Virus record (IMG/VR): IMGVR_UViG_3300007171_000004
Location: 32,001-96,000 of that record
Strand: one strand, 5' to 3'
Length of the DNA: 64,000 bases
From: a virus
Taxonomy: Duplodnaviria; Caudoviricetes
Under the pieces are notes generated by a model. It made no database searches. It saw only the letters and a program-made list of their open reading frames with translations, and was not told the origin of the DNA. How positions within the stretch are numbered: position 1 is the stretch's first letter; each line of letters begins with the position of its first letter. Both the position numbers and the translations under genes were made by a program. This document shows, one piece after another, positions 55,401-64,000 of this stretch.

Positions 55401-57861
55401 GCATTCTGCTATACCTCGTAAAATATTTAATTTAGATTTATTTTATGAAACAAAAAATATTATTTCACCAGAATTTAAATGGAATTTATCAGATTCTAGT
55501 ACTTTATATAATGTAGTAGGCTTTAAGCAAAAAGAACTATATAAAAAAGATTATGTATTATATGAATCTGAGCCATTAGTAGTAATCGAAGCCAAAGATG
55601 CAATAACTGGTAATATCATCTATACACAACGAAGCGATGATAACACATATGGACAATTCCAATACTATAATAATTCATGGATAAATGGCATTGGTCCTCA
55701 AGCTATAGAAAAAAGAATGAGATATGTCAATACTTATTCTTTCAATTCAACAGCAAAAATTATCTACAGCATTTACACCGCAAAATGGGATTTACTAAGA
55801 TTAGATAAAAGTAATAATAAAGATTTATCTGATTATAATAATACATTTATTTTAGATAATGTAGTAAGAAATACAGAAATAGATACTCCCTGGGTTTTCA
55901 ATGGTAATTCATCGATTACATTAAACTCACCAATATTTAATAAACTTTATAGCAATGGTTTATGTATGAGTATTACTTTTATAGTTAATGAAAACATTAG
56001 CTTTAGTAATATGAGTCTAATATCAAGAAATAATGGATCAACAGGTAATAATTTTTATCATTTATATATATCAAGTGATTATAAAATTAACTTCTGGATT
56101 GGAAATTCCAGCATTGTAGTTTCAGATGGAAATATTAAACCAGGATATATTTATAATGTTATTATTAACTTCACAGGTTCTAATTATTCACTATATATAA
56201 ACGGAAAATTAAACAAAACACAAAGTATTTCACCTACATTATCTTTGCTGTCTAGTAATTTGAAGATTGGTAATTCTGATTACTCAAATTCTGGTTTTAA
56301 TGGAAAAATCTATGAAGTTAGAATAATTGGTAAATCTGTAACAACTAACGAAATTTCAAGAATTTATTATGATGTAAATTTAAAACTTGACAATGAAATT
56401 ACCGGGCTCATAAGAAAAACATTACCTTCATCTATATATTACAGTGAAGGAACTATAACTATTGACTCTGGCACTTCGAATATTAATGTTCCAGGGCTTA
56501 GAGAAAGATTCTATCGTTTTTATGACCAGAATAGAGATTTTGATCATAATAATGGGGAGCTCATGAAAGATTATGAACATGTACATAATTTTGATTTAGC
56601 TTTTCATCAATCTATAACCGGTTACACGATTGATTATTATGGAAAATTTTTAGCTCCTTCAACTGGCTCATATACATTTAGTTATCAAGCCTGGGATATA
56701 GGTTACTTATGGTTAGGTCCATTAGCAGATAGCGGATTTACTAAAGCTAATAGAAATATATACACTAATACTGGCCTAAATACATATACTGTTAGCTTAA
56801 ATGCAGGAGAATATTATAGTATCAGAATTATGAATTCTGTATCAAGTACGAGAAGAATGCTTGTAACAATATCTGGCCCTGGTATCACAACAACATCTGA
56901 TTTTTATAACTATTTCTCTACTCCATATAGCAACAGAAAAACCCTGACAGGCACAGGCACTTCATTCATCAATAATGTTCCTTTTTCAAGAAACACAATT
57001 TTCTTAGGTTCCAGATCTATTTATGATAATGTAGAGGCTGTAGAAGTAACAAAAGCATTATCTAATACTAAATTAGCATTTAATACTTTACCAAATAAAA
57101 TTTATGGTTCAAATATCGAATATGCTGTTCTAAAAAATGTAGTGCTATATTTAGATGCTTCCGAAAAGAAATCTTATCCTGAATCTGGAAATATTTGGTA
57201 TGACTTAAGTGGATTTGGAAATCACTTTCAATGTAATGGGCATGTCGAATGGAATAAAGCTGGTTATTTTACATCATTTTCAATTAATGATTATTTTACT
57301 CCAGTAGCTGCTAATACTCTTGCTAAATCTTATCCATTTTATAATCAAGATTTCACTGTGTTTTTTGTAATAAGAAACCAGACTACACCTAACAGTTATG
57401 CCATATCAGATGTCTTTATGTACTTATTGCAAGGATCTTATAATCCTGTATATGGATATTATGGAAGAGGAACAGAATTTTTTTATAATGGCAACAGTAG
57501 GTATTACACAACTAGTGATAACTATCAACAAACTTATTCAGCTCCAAGATTTTATGTAGAAAATTATGATGAAAACACAGTAATGACTTTTTCTTACAGC
57601 AATACATCTAACTCTAATAATATATATGGTTATGAAAGATTTAGAATGTACAAAGACGGGCAGAAATTTTTATTGACTTATAGACCTAATACAACATTGG
57701 AAACATTATTTGGATTTTTCTCTATAGGTAATTCTTCTGCTTATCCTTATTATCCAATTAATGATGCGAAGATATATGCTGTAATGGTTGTAAATAGAAC
57801 AATGTCAGATGCAGAAGTGTTGGAAATGTCAAACTATTTTAGAGATAAATTTAATTTTTAG
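52435..57861 (+). CDS. Paralog 2 (1808 aa): LamG, core, LamG, PA14/GLEYA-like, LamG
   Basis: N-terminal LamG (FDGVNDY...YIYNRPLSDEEI); core motifs; YGKFLAPSTGSYTF PA14-like domain; C-terminal VVLYLDASEKKSYP...LamG. Confidence 0.85.
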   Translation: MFPGSSEYNYKPAHGSSINWNHPLTNGLVHCFLFNERSGLQIFDLCEKPTVGTLINGPIFFPKDYGSIFFDGVNDYIELINDNYTLPTTGLSVLAWFRTSVTDKWLIDKSGGTYGPNGFNLSCGSVGGVGFTVNSAQSYSTVNVCDGNLNFACGTWSPGNFVRTYVNANLAMEVTASVPTVINSPGHNLRIGRRGGGIDNFSGHIYQIYIYNRPLSDEEIRFLDENPFAFINPPAALKYYSYRQQGILYAPSIASAESMGSAIMPGPVTLGLSSILSSESFGKPTNSLDTPESGLLIESIRFDSKLPVTDLNALLSPSISSVVPFGSTGSTEYTYQISAYNKFGETLPSSVVKISNGNSTLDSTNYNRVKWTKVPKATGYRLYGRTGNNMKLLTDLYNNYYDDIGVTLQNTTPLSKNTLGYDHKKLNVSEEHFLFTGPKYLDNYVSIKHRYDYNHGIVQLYPGLGEAIAWSDDITWILTDESRNWTVSRLHLHIYDKRTNTIDYAGNAYVNYPTTQNLQPYDKPYASYTVINNGTVSVSGTTVTGTNTTWNDQKLCVGYRIGFGSDTPQFVTDWYEIAAINSNTSITLTNTANSYPANTPYVIEELIIVTARHNSSDFTKAGLFVVKGLSYFDFNNEKQTNIPAATTVDRIKAAYYLDDTLNHSYWFPNFVCGPKVDNNTQYVYVASLANNSGSNNHILVFNLRADLTSLSAGVSTAAFIARSNPFVTLQSPPSNSGKLTLATTLSGAGKDIECLYLAIYGRNYRIPTKPLLVPNNNIIIYEFSGVFGNGGYTVSGGWYSMRHQKYLPEEDMFYGMEYSYGQFCFYRYKPGLRDAIKLKRKYYSAHYSYPHNKLVYDVGYDHNWSLNPVTHIANGSIFITREGTDQWNPVQVISYKADELFAKKYNAFVITPAISTYNARKLSKIILSDNFCEGDDRFTKLPAEYNLYIRTEGIEDNTGVWIPLNRMHDLSDIKATDKCQFRFEFVMMAHSAIPRKIFNLDLFYETKNIISPEFKWNLSDSSTLYNVVGFKQKELYKKDYVLYESEPLVVIEAKDAITGNIIYTQRSDDNTYGQFQYYNNSWINGIGPQAIEKRMRYVNTYSFNSTAKIIYSIYTAKWDLLRLDKSNNKDLSDYNNTFILDNVVRNTEIDTPWVFNGNSSITLNSPIFNKLYSNGLCMSITFIVNENISFSNMSLISRNNGSTGNNFYHLYISSDYKINFWIGNSSIVVSDGNIKPGYIYNVIINFTGSNYSLYINGKLNKTQSISPTLSLLSSNLKIGNSDYSNSGFNGKIYEVRIIGKSVTTNEISRIYYDVNLKLDNEITGLIRKTLPSSIYYSEGTITIDSGTSNINVPGLRERFYRFYDQNRDFDHNNGELMKDYEHVHNFDLAFHQSITGYTIDYYGKFLAPSTGSYTFSYQAWDIGYLWLGPLADSGFTKANRNIYTNTGLNTYTVSLNAGEYYSIRIMNSVSSTRRMLVTISGPGITTTSDFYNYFSTPYSNRKTLTGTGTSFINNVPFSRNTIFLGSRSIYDNVEAVEVTKALSNTKLAFNTLPNKIYGSNIEYAVLKNVVLYLDASEKKSYPESGNIWYDLSGFGNHFQCNGHVEWNKAGYFTSFSINDYFTPVAANTLAKSYPFYNQDFTVFFVIRNQTTPNSYAISDVFMYLLQGSYNPVYGYYGRGTEFFYNGNSRYYTTSDNYQQTYSAPRFYVENYDENTVMTFSYSNTSNSNNIYGYERFRMYKDGQKFLLTYRPNTTLETLFGFFSIGNSSAYPYYPINDAKIYAVMVVNRTMSDAEVLEMSNYFRDKFNF

Positions 57862-57863
57862 TT

Positions 57864-60800
57864 ATGTTTAATAATAAATCAAAAATCAAACCTTCTTTAG
57901 GATCAACAATAGATTTCAATCATCCTCTTTCTCAAGGACTGATGGGATGCTGGCTATTTAATGAACAAACTGGAAATAAGATTTATGATTTGGCAAATAA
58001 ACATGATGGTACAGCTTATAATGGACCTACTAGAAATAATTCATATGATGGTTTTTATTCTTTTGATGGAACTAATGATTATATACAACATACACCTAGA
58101 AGCAAAAATCTAGAATTTCAATACAATACACCGTTCACTATTCATGTTTTTGCTAGAGTCAGGACTGCTGTTTCAGGAACAGGGTACATTATAACAAATC
58201 GTGGGGTTGATGGTAGTGGCATCCCTTATTCAGGCTGGGGCATAGCTAGAACTGGCAATACGATCATGACTTTGATTGGTGGATATACAGGGACAACATG
58301 GCAGATAAACACAATTTCAGAATCTGTATTTTCAAATTATATAGAAAATAAATGGGCTTCCATCACTTATGTAAATACAGGTATTACAGGACAGCAAAAA
58401 ACATATGTAAATGGTATCAATAAATCAGCTGGAGTAGCTTCAAACGATGCATATATAATCAATTATGAAAATAGCAATAATCCATTAAATTTTGCAAGAT
58501 CTGAAGCTGATGGGCCTGGTCATTATTTAAACTGTGATATATCTTATGCCTATATATACAATAGAGCTTTATCTGCTGAAGAAGTATTGTCGCTTTATGA
58601 ACAACCTTATCAATTCATAAATCCTCCAGCAGCTTTAAATTATTATTCTTATTCACAACATAGATCTTTAGCAGCCCCAAGTATCAAGACAGAAGAAAAG
58701 TTGCCAGTATTAAATACATTCAATCCAATAACTTATAAAAATGTATCAAGTATAGTCAAAAATGTTAAGGATTTTGAATTTAACCAATCTACACAATATA
58801 CAAGATATTCTGTTATAGATAAACCATCAAATGTGTCTATAACCAATTTTGGAACTGCTGGATCTACATCATATTCATATAGAATTAAAGCTATAGATGA
58901 ATTTAGTGAATCGATAGCAACAGACTCAATAATTACTACTACTGGCAATTCTACTTTATCAACAAATAATTTCAATAGAATCAAATGGAATTGGGTTGAT
59001 GGTGCTACTAGTTATAAAATATATGGAAGAATAAATGGTAGCGAACAATTACTAACAACTACAATTTATAACCATTTTGATGACACGGGATCTATAACTC
59101 CTAATGGAACTCTTATAACAAGCGCTTCGGGTGGATATGATTACAAAAAGTTAACATTAGGAACTTATTATTCTTTATTTACTGGAACAAATAAAGAAGA
59201 TAATTATGTCAAGCTTAAAGATTTTGATATAGCTAGACCTAAATATGACAGTGTTTATCAAGCTCAAGATGTTTATTGCTATATCATGGATGTAGCTGCT
59301 TGGTCTGATGATATTAATTATATTGTACTAGATAGACCTTCTACAGGTAATCCAAGAAGATTTGCATTATATAAACATTTTAAGTCAACAGGTAGAATGT
59401 CATACGTAGGAGATATTGGCTTAACAGGATCCTATGGTATTACAAATTTAAAAATAGCTATAACGAGATATTCCACTGGTACTGTTTCTGCTTCAGGAAC
59501 TACTGTAGCGGGAGTGAATACAGCTTGGAGAACTGCTAATTTTTCTAAAAATTCAAGAATAGGTTTTGGTACTACAGAACCTCATTTAGTTGATAAATGG
59601 TATTACATTACAGATTTGCCTTCGGATACATCTCTTACTGTATCTGTTACTATCTCAGAAAATATACCTGCTAATACACCTTATGTTATTGAAGAAATGC
59701 GAATCGTGTTTCATACAACAACTAATCTATATTTAATCAAAGGTGTTACAGAAAATGACTTTTATATTGGTAAATCATATGCACCAACCTTAACAGAATC
59801 TATTGGAGCTAATATTTACAATTTATCTAACCCTTCTATACTTGGCACTATATTTGCGATGCCTTTAAAGCCCATGGATGATTATAATACACAATATGTA
59901 TATTGTGTATACTATATTGGAACTTCTAATGTCATAGGTATTAAAAAATATAACATAAGACAAACTATGACTATATCATCACAAACATTACCTGGTTTCG
60001 CTAAATATGAATTTTCAGGTTATTTTGCTGATAATATAAATTTTATTAATAGTAATATTCCAATTTATGGTGGAAATTTTAATACAATTAATTTAGGACT
60101 TAACTTACCAGCTTGGACATATCACTATTATGGATATATAAACATCACTACACCAGGTTCATACACATTTTATTTAAGATCTGATGATGCAAGTTATTTT
60201 TGGATTGGAGCAAATGCTGAAAGTGGTTTTACGACTGCTAATGCTTTTTTATCAGAACCTGGCAGTCATGGAGTATATGAAGTAAGTGCAAGTATTACTT
60301 TATCCGCTGGGCCAATATTTTTAAGATTAATTTGTGGTGATGTTGGGGGTGGTGGAGGAATTTATTTAGAATATGCTGGACCAGGAATTTCAAGGACATT
60401 TGACTTTTCTTTACTGGGTGCATATTCTACAGTATCAACATTTGCGGACTCTTTAGTGCTAACTTGTGGAGGAACTATTCCTATTGCAAACCGTGATAGG
60501 TCTTTAATGAATGGTGAATTTTGCACTCCTAGACATGGAATTTATAAAGACACCCCTGTAATTATATTTACATCAACAAATGGCATTACTGTTATCAAAG
60601 ATTCTGATATTTATGCTAATAATATAGAATTATTTACGCATAGTTATCCTTTAGTATTTATGATTCCAAATATAGATCCATTATTATTTCAAAGTAGAAA
60701 TTATCAAGATAATATTGGATATGATTCATTATTAGACAGAGTGATTTATCCTCCTTACAGTTATTATCTCTTAAAAGGTTATATTTCAACATTAGGTAAT

Positions 60801-61631
60801 ATTGATAAATTTATTGACACAAATATGTTTAGTTTTTCAGGAATGAGCAATCCATTAGCAAAAACTGATGATTTTGTAGATTCAATACAAACTGCAGAAA
60901 ACTTTATTAGATCGATAAATGGATGGTCATACTTATTAAGATCCAGCAGTGCAAGAAATGCCAATACAATTTTTGCTTTTCCTCATGTCGCTCACTGGAC
61001 ATTTGCAGATAAATTTAAAAATTATTGCATATCTCCAATCATTTACTTAGATAGAAATACCCTTTTGAGAAGAATTCATTTAAATACTAATGTTTTATAT
61101 GGTGATAACGCAAATTCATTTTCTCCTGAACCAATAAGATTATATGTAAGAAATTATGGTATAGAAGATGATTCTGGCAAGTGGACTTTGATAGATTCTC
61201 TAGGAAATATTAGTGGAATACAAAATACTGGTAAGCTACAAGTAAGAATTGAGTCATCATTATTTTTGCACTATTGTAAAACAAAAAAGATTTATGGTTT
61301 TAGTATAGAATATGATAATAAGGAAACTATATCTAAAGGATTTTCCTGGAATTTATCTGACAGTGATACATCCTCTGCAATTGTAGGTTTTGTACAAAAT
61401 GAATTATATAAAACCATTCCAACTTTTACTATTAAATATTACAACAAAAATAACAATAAATTATATTTAATACAAAATTCTGATAGATCATCTACGGGAG
61501 ATTTTGAATATTACTCAGCTGGATGGCAAAAAGGTTATGGTCCAAATCAAATTGGACTGAGAAGAAGATTTGTTCCTTCAACTTCTTTACAAAAAAATAT
61601 AGAATATGATGTTGAATTAGAGGTTAAATAA
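57864..61631 (+). CDS. Paralog 3 (1255 aa): LamG and core with an internal PA14 domain
   Basis: FDGTNDY...YIYNRALSAEEV; YYGYINITTPGSYTFYLRSDDASYFWIG (PA14 Asp-Asp motif). Confidence 0.85.
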   Translation: MFNNKSKIKPSLGSTIDFNHPLSQGLMGCWLFNEQTGNKIYDLANKHDGTAYNGPTRNNSYDGFYSFDGTNDYIQHTPRSKNLEFQYNTPFTIHVFARVRTAVSGTGYIITNRGVDGSGIPYSGWGIARTGNTIMTLIGGYTGTTWQINTISESVFSNYIENKWASITYVNTGITGQQKTYVNGINKSAGVASNDAYIINYENSNNPLNFARSEADGPGHYLNCDISYAYIYNRALSAEEVLSLYEQPYQFINPPAALNYYSYSQHRSLAAPSIKTEEKLPVLNTFNPITYKNVSSIVKNVKDFEFNQSTQYTRYSVIDKPSNVSITNFGTAGSTSYSYRIKAIDEFSESIATDSIITTTGNSTLSTNNFNRIKWNWVDGATSYKIYGRINGSEQLLTTTIYNHFDDTGSITPNGTLITSASGGYDYKKLTLGTYYSLFTGTNKEDNYVKLKDFDIARPKYDSVYQAQDVYCYIMDVAAWSDDINYIVLDRPSTGNPRRFALYKHFKSTGRMSYVGDIGLTGSYGITNLKIAITRYSTGTVSASGTTVAGVNTAWRTANFSKNSRIGFGTTEPHLVDKWYYITDLPSDTSLTVSVTISENIPANTPYVIEEMRIVFHTTTNLYLIKGVTENDFYIGKSYAPTLTESIGANIYNLSNPSILGTIFAMPLKPMDDYNTQYVYCVYYIGTSNVIGIKKYNIRQTMTISSQTLPGFAKYEFSGYFADNINFINSNIPIYGGNFNTINLGLNLPAWTYHYYGYINITTPGSYTFYLRSDDASYFWIGANAESGFTTANAFLSEPGSHGVYEVSASITLSAGPIFLRLICGDVGGGGGIYLEYAGPGISRTFDFSLLGAYSTVSTFADSLVLTCGGTIPIANRDRSLMNGEFCTPRHGIYKDTPVIIFTSTNGITVIKDSDIYANNIELFTHSYPLVFMIPNIDPLLFQSRNYQDNIGYDSLLDRVIYPPYSYYLLKGYISTLGNIDKFIDTNMFSFSGMSNPLAKTDDFVDSIQTAENFIRSINGWSYLLRSSSARNANTIFAFPHVAHWTFADKFKNYCISPIIYLDRNTLLRRIHLNTNVLYGDNANSFSPEPIRLYVRNYGIEDDSGKWTLIDSLGNISGIQNTGKLQVRIESSLFLHYCKTKKIYGFSIEYDNKETISKGFSWNLSDSDTSSAIVGFVQNELYKTIPTFTIKYYNKNNNKLYLIQNSDRSSTGDFEYYSAGWQKGYGPNQIGLRRRFVPSTSLQKNIEYDVELEVK

Positions 61632-62056
61632 TGAGTATTTTAGGACCTACATATAGATTTGCAGTCGAAAATAGAACTGGTCAAACAATTAGTACTGCTG
61701 GTGCTGTAGTACTTAGAATTAGGCCTTGGAAAATAAGTACAGCTGGTGAAATAGTTTTTGATTCCTCTTTTTCAACAATTTTAAACCTGTCATTTGTTCC
61801 TTTAGGCGGTGCGACATCTGTAGCTAACCTTGGATATTTATATTCTAATATTATTGATAATTTGGCAAATGCATATATTGGCGCTGAAGTTGAACTAACA
61901 GTCACTGCTCCAGCTTCATCAAACGGAAATGTAATTTTGTATTTGGAAAGATCAGTAGATGGTGGAGCTACATGGACTGATGCTGGATTAGGACAAATTT
62001 TAGGCGATATTTTATTTACCGCAGCAGGAACTAAGAGACTAGTTGTTCACCTATAA
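61631..62056 (+). CDS. Small beta-rich partner protein B (141 aa)
   Basis: Paralog of 52015..52434. Confidence 0.8.
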   Translation: MSILGPTYRFAVENRTGQTISTAGAVVLRIRPWKISTAGEIVFDSSFSTILNLSFVPLGGATSVANLGYLYSNIIDNLANAYIGAEVELTVTAPASSNGNVILYLERSVDGGATWTDAGLGQILGDILFTAAGTKRLVVHL

Positions 62057-64000
62057 TGTTAGATTACTCACAATATAATTATAAGCCACCTCTCGGCTCA
62101 ACATTAAATACAAATCATCCATTATCAACTCATTTAATGGCTGGATATTTATTTAATGAAAACGGCGGAAATATTGCTTATGATTTTAGTGGGAATGGCA
62201 ATCATGGAGTTTTAAAAAATGGAGCTTCATTTCTAAACAACTCATTATTTCTTGATGGCCTTAATGATTATGTAGAAGTTCCAGATGCAAATTCTTTAAG
62301 TTCTCCAAGTGCTATATCTATTTTTTTTAGAGTAAATTCATCAGACGTTCAAACAAGATGGAATGATGTTCTAGGAAAAGGCGTTAGTGACACAGATGAA
62401 GAACTAGGTTTTTGGTTTATAAATACACAATCTTACTTTGATTTAGGATATCCATATGCAGCTACAAACATTGGATATAATAATAATACATGGTATACAT
62501 TTGCCAATACATTCCAAAAAACAGCGTCCAGTGCTATTATCCAAATGGCCTACAATGGAATTATAAGATCATTATGGCAAAGTGGCAATTTCAATTATAG
62601 TATTACACCTAATGCATATCCATTAACTATTGGAAAAAGATGGTACAATTCTGATCCTAATTCAAGAACTTTTAAAGGTTATATTGATTATGTAATGATA
62701 TTTAATAAAGCTTTAACTGATTCTGAAATAAGATCTTTGCATGAAAATCCTTATCAATTAGTAGATACTCCCTCATCATATAAATATTACGCTCCTTTAA
62801 ATAATCAATTAAAAACAGCAAGTATCCCTTCTGCTGAAAAATTAGGAAATCATATATTCCCAGGTAAGATTACTATTTCATCGCCTTCAATTTCATCGTC
62901 AGAAAATTTTGGTAACAGTAAAATGAATTTGAATAATTTATTAGAACCAAAATTATCCTCAAGAATTGACTTTGACTTAAATATTAAAACAACAAACTAT
63001 CTACCTATTTTGTCTCCTAATAATATTACTAGTGAGGTATTTGGAACAACAGGGAGTACTCAATATTTATATAAAATATCTTCTTGTAATGATGATGGAG
63101 AGTCACTACCTTCGAATATAATAACTATAAATAATGGTAATTCAACTCTTTCAACAAGTAATTTTATTCGATTAACTTGGGATTTATATGATTTTGCAAC
63201 TTATTATAAAATTTACAAATTAGTAGATAATAAATATCAACTACTATATGTATCAAGAGATGCTAATCATTTTGATGATGTTGGACAAACAACATTATCT
63301 GAAGAACCAAAAAGCATCAATACAACAGGTTATCATCCTAACAAGCTTAATCTAGGAAAATATATAAAACTCTATACTGATAAAATAAATAAATCAAAAA
63401 ATTATTTATCTACAATTAGTAATCAAGCTTTTTATAGTGGATATTACTATGCTACTTCAAGTGCATTTATGATTGATGCATTTAAATACAGTAATGATAT
63501 AACCTGGCTATTTACAAATCAAAATAACAACAGCAACTATAATACTATTGGATTATACGAACATAATACAAAAACGGATGATAAGTATTTCAAAGGAAGG
63601 GTTTATCTACCAAGGCCCAACAATTATTATGATGATTTTTTCAAAGTATCCGTAGATAGACATACTACTGGAACTATATCTGCTACAGGATCTACTGTCA
63701 CAGGGACAAATACTCTTTGGGTGACTAATCGAATTGCAATAGGAGCCAGAATTGGTTTTGGCTCTAAAGATGCAAGCCTAATCAAAACATGGTATCAAAT
63801 TACAGCAATTTCGTCTGATACAAGTATAACAATAGCAGAAGTATTACAGAATAACATTCCTGCCAATACACCTTATATAATTGAAGAAATAAGGTTTATT
63901 CAAAATCTTACCCAAACAAATCTTGTTGCTGCAAATAATGGTATTTTTATAACAAAGGGTGTAAATTATAATTTCTTTGATTTGAATAACTTTAGCGTAC
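62056..64000 (+). CDS. Paralog 4, 3'-truncated (at least 648 aa): LamG and core; absent from the ORF track
   Basis: ATG overlaps the upstream TAA (TAATG at 62054-62058). I translated it to the window end without a stop: MLDYSQYNYKPPLGS...FLDGLNDY...FNKALTDSEI...YKISSCNDDGESL...GARIGFGS...WY...NTPYIIEE. Confidence 0.9.
   Translation, partial: MLDYSQYNYKPPLGSTLNTNHPLSTHLMAGYLFNENGGNIAYDFSGNGNHGVLKNGASFLNNSLFLDGLNDYVEVPDANSLSSPSAISIFFRVNSSDVQTRWNDVLGKGVSDTDEELGFWFINTQSYFDLGYPYAATNIGYNNNTWYTFANTFQKTASSAIIQMAYNGIIRSLWQSGNFNYSITPNAYPLTIGKRWYNSDPNSRTFKGYIDYVMIFNKALTDSEIRSLHENPYQLVDTPSSYKYYAPLNNQLKTASIPSAEKLGNHIFPGKITISSPSISSSENFGNSKMNLNNLLEPKLSSRIDFDLNIKTTNYLPILSPNNITSEVFGTTGSTQYLYKISSCNDDGESLPSNIITINNGNSTLSTSNFIRLTWDLYDFATYYKIYKLVDNKYQLLYVSRDANHFDDVGQTTLSEEPKSINTTGYHPNKLNLGKYIKLYTDKINKSKNYLSTISNQAFYSGYYYATSSAFMIDAFKYSNDITWLFTNQNNNSNYNTIGLYEHNTKTDDKYFKGRVYLPRPNNYYDDFFKVSVDRHTTGTISATGSTVTGTNTLWVTNRIAIGARIGFGSKDASLIKTWYQITAISSDTSITIAEVLQNNIPANTPYIIEEIRFIQNLTQTNLVAANNGIFITKGVNYNFFDLNNFSV

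Noticed and set aside
49044-64000. Diversity-generating retroelement behind the variable Tyr/Asn-rich adhesins
   Set aside because: No reverse transcriptase or Avd gene, and no near-identical template/variable repeat pair differing only at adenines was visible. A whole-genome repeat search is needed to exclude a distant template.
1-64000. CRISPR array, tRNA, rRNA, transposase or integrase
   Set aside because: No regularly spaced direct repeats; intergenic gaps are under 200 bp with no cloverleaf seen; no DDE or tyrosine-recombinase motifs.
1-64000. Stop-codon reassignment as in some huge phages
   Set aside because: Genes tile the window densely under the standard code and end in TAA, TAG and TGA; conserved enzymes are uninterrupted.
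1-64000. Bacterial chromosome or eukaryotic giant virus origin
   Set aside because: Housekeeping-like genes are isolated among virion genes without their usual operon partners (no clpP or tig by clpX, no dnaA/recF by gyrB). SD sites, coupled operons and peptidoglycan hydrolases argue against a eukaryotic virus. A prophage or unusual host island cannot be formally excluded.

Overview
AT-rich, gene-dense 64 kb segment best read as part of a very large (jumbo/huge) bacteriophage genome in the standard genetic code. This is an inference from the many tail-fibre, LamG and beta-helix virion genes, two peptidoglycan hydrolases and the absence of core bacterial operons. Layout: (1-6.2 kb) accessory genes: partial trxB, two secreted STN/secretin-N-like proteins, a DUF1257+DUF2997 pair, a CHAP hydrolase, a nitrilase-family amidase and an Ig-repeat protein. 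(6.2-23.9 kb, minus) tail-fibre/adhesin cluster built from shared modules. (24-28.5 kb) a probably abundant virion protein, an SLT transglycosylase, a textbook PHD-finger protein, and an operon of degenerate macrodomain, stand-alone PAS, membrane-anchored coiled coil, receiver-like protein and Zn finger. (28.5-44 kb) proteins sharing a K-[TL]-A-(Q) motif, a ClpX with rewired substrate loops, a J-domain protein, a PIN-PhoH fusion and a roughly 1650 aa protein with about 11-12 repeats. (44-49 kb) gyrB-gyrA, with a roughly 70 aa GyrB insertion and an atypical GyrA QRDR. (49-64 kb, plus) tandem array of four paralogous large LamG/FN3-like proteins, two carrying PA14 domains, plus two small partner genes. 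I found no CRISPR array, tRNA, rRNA, reverse transcriptase or transposase. All domain calls are by-eye motif recognition, not database searches.
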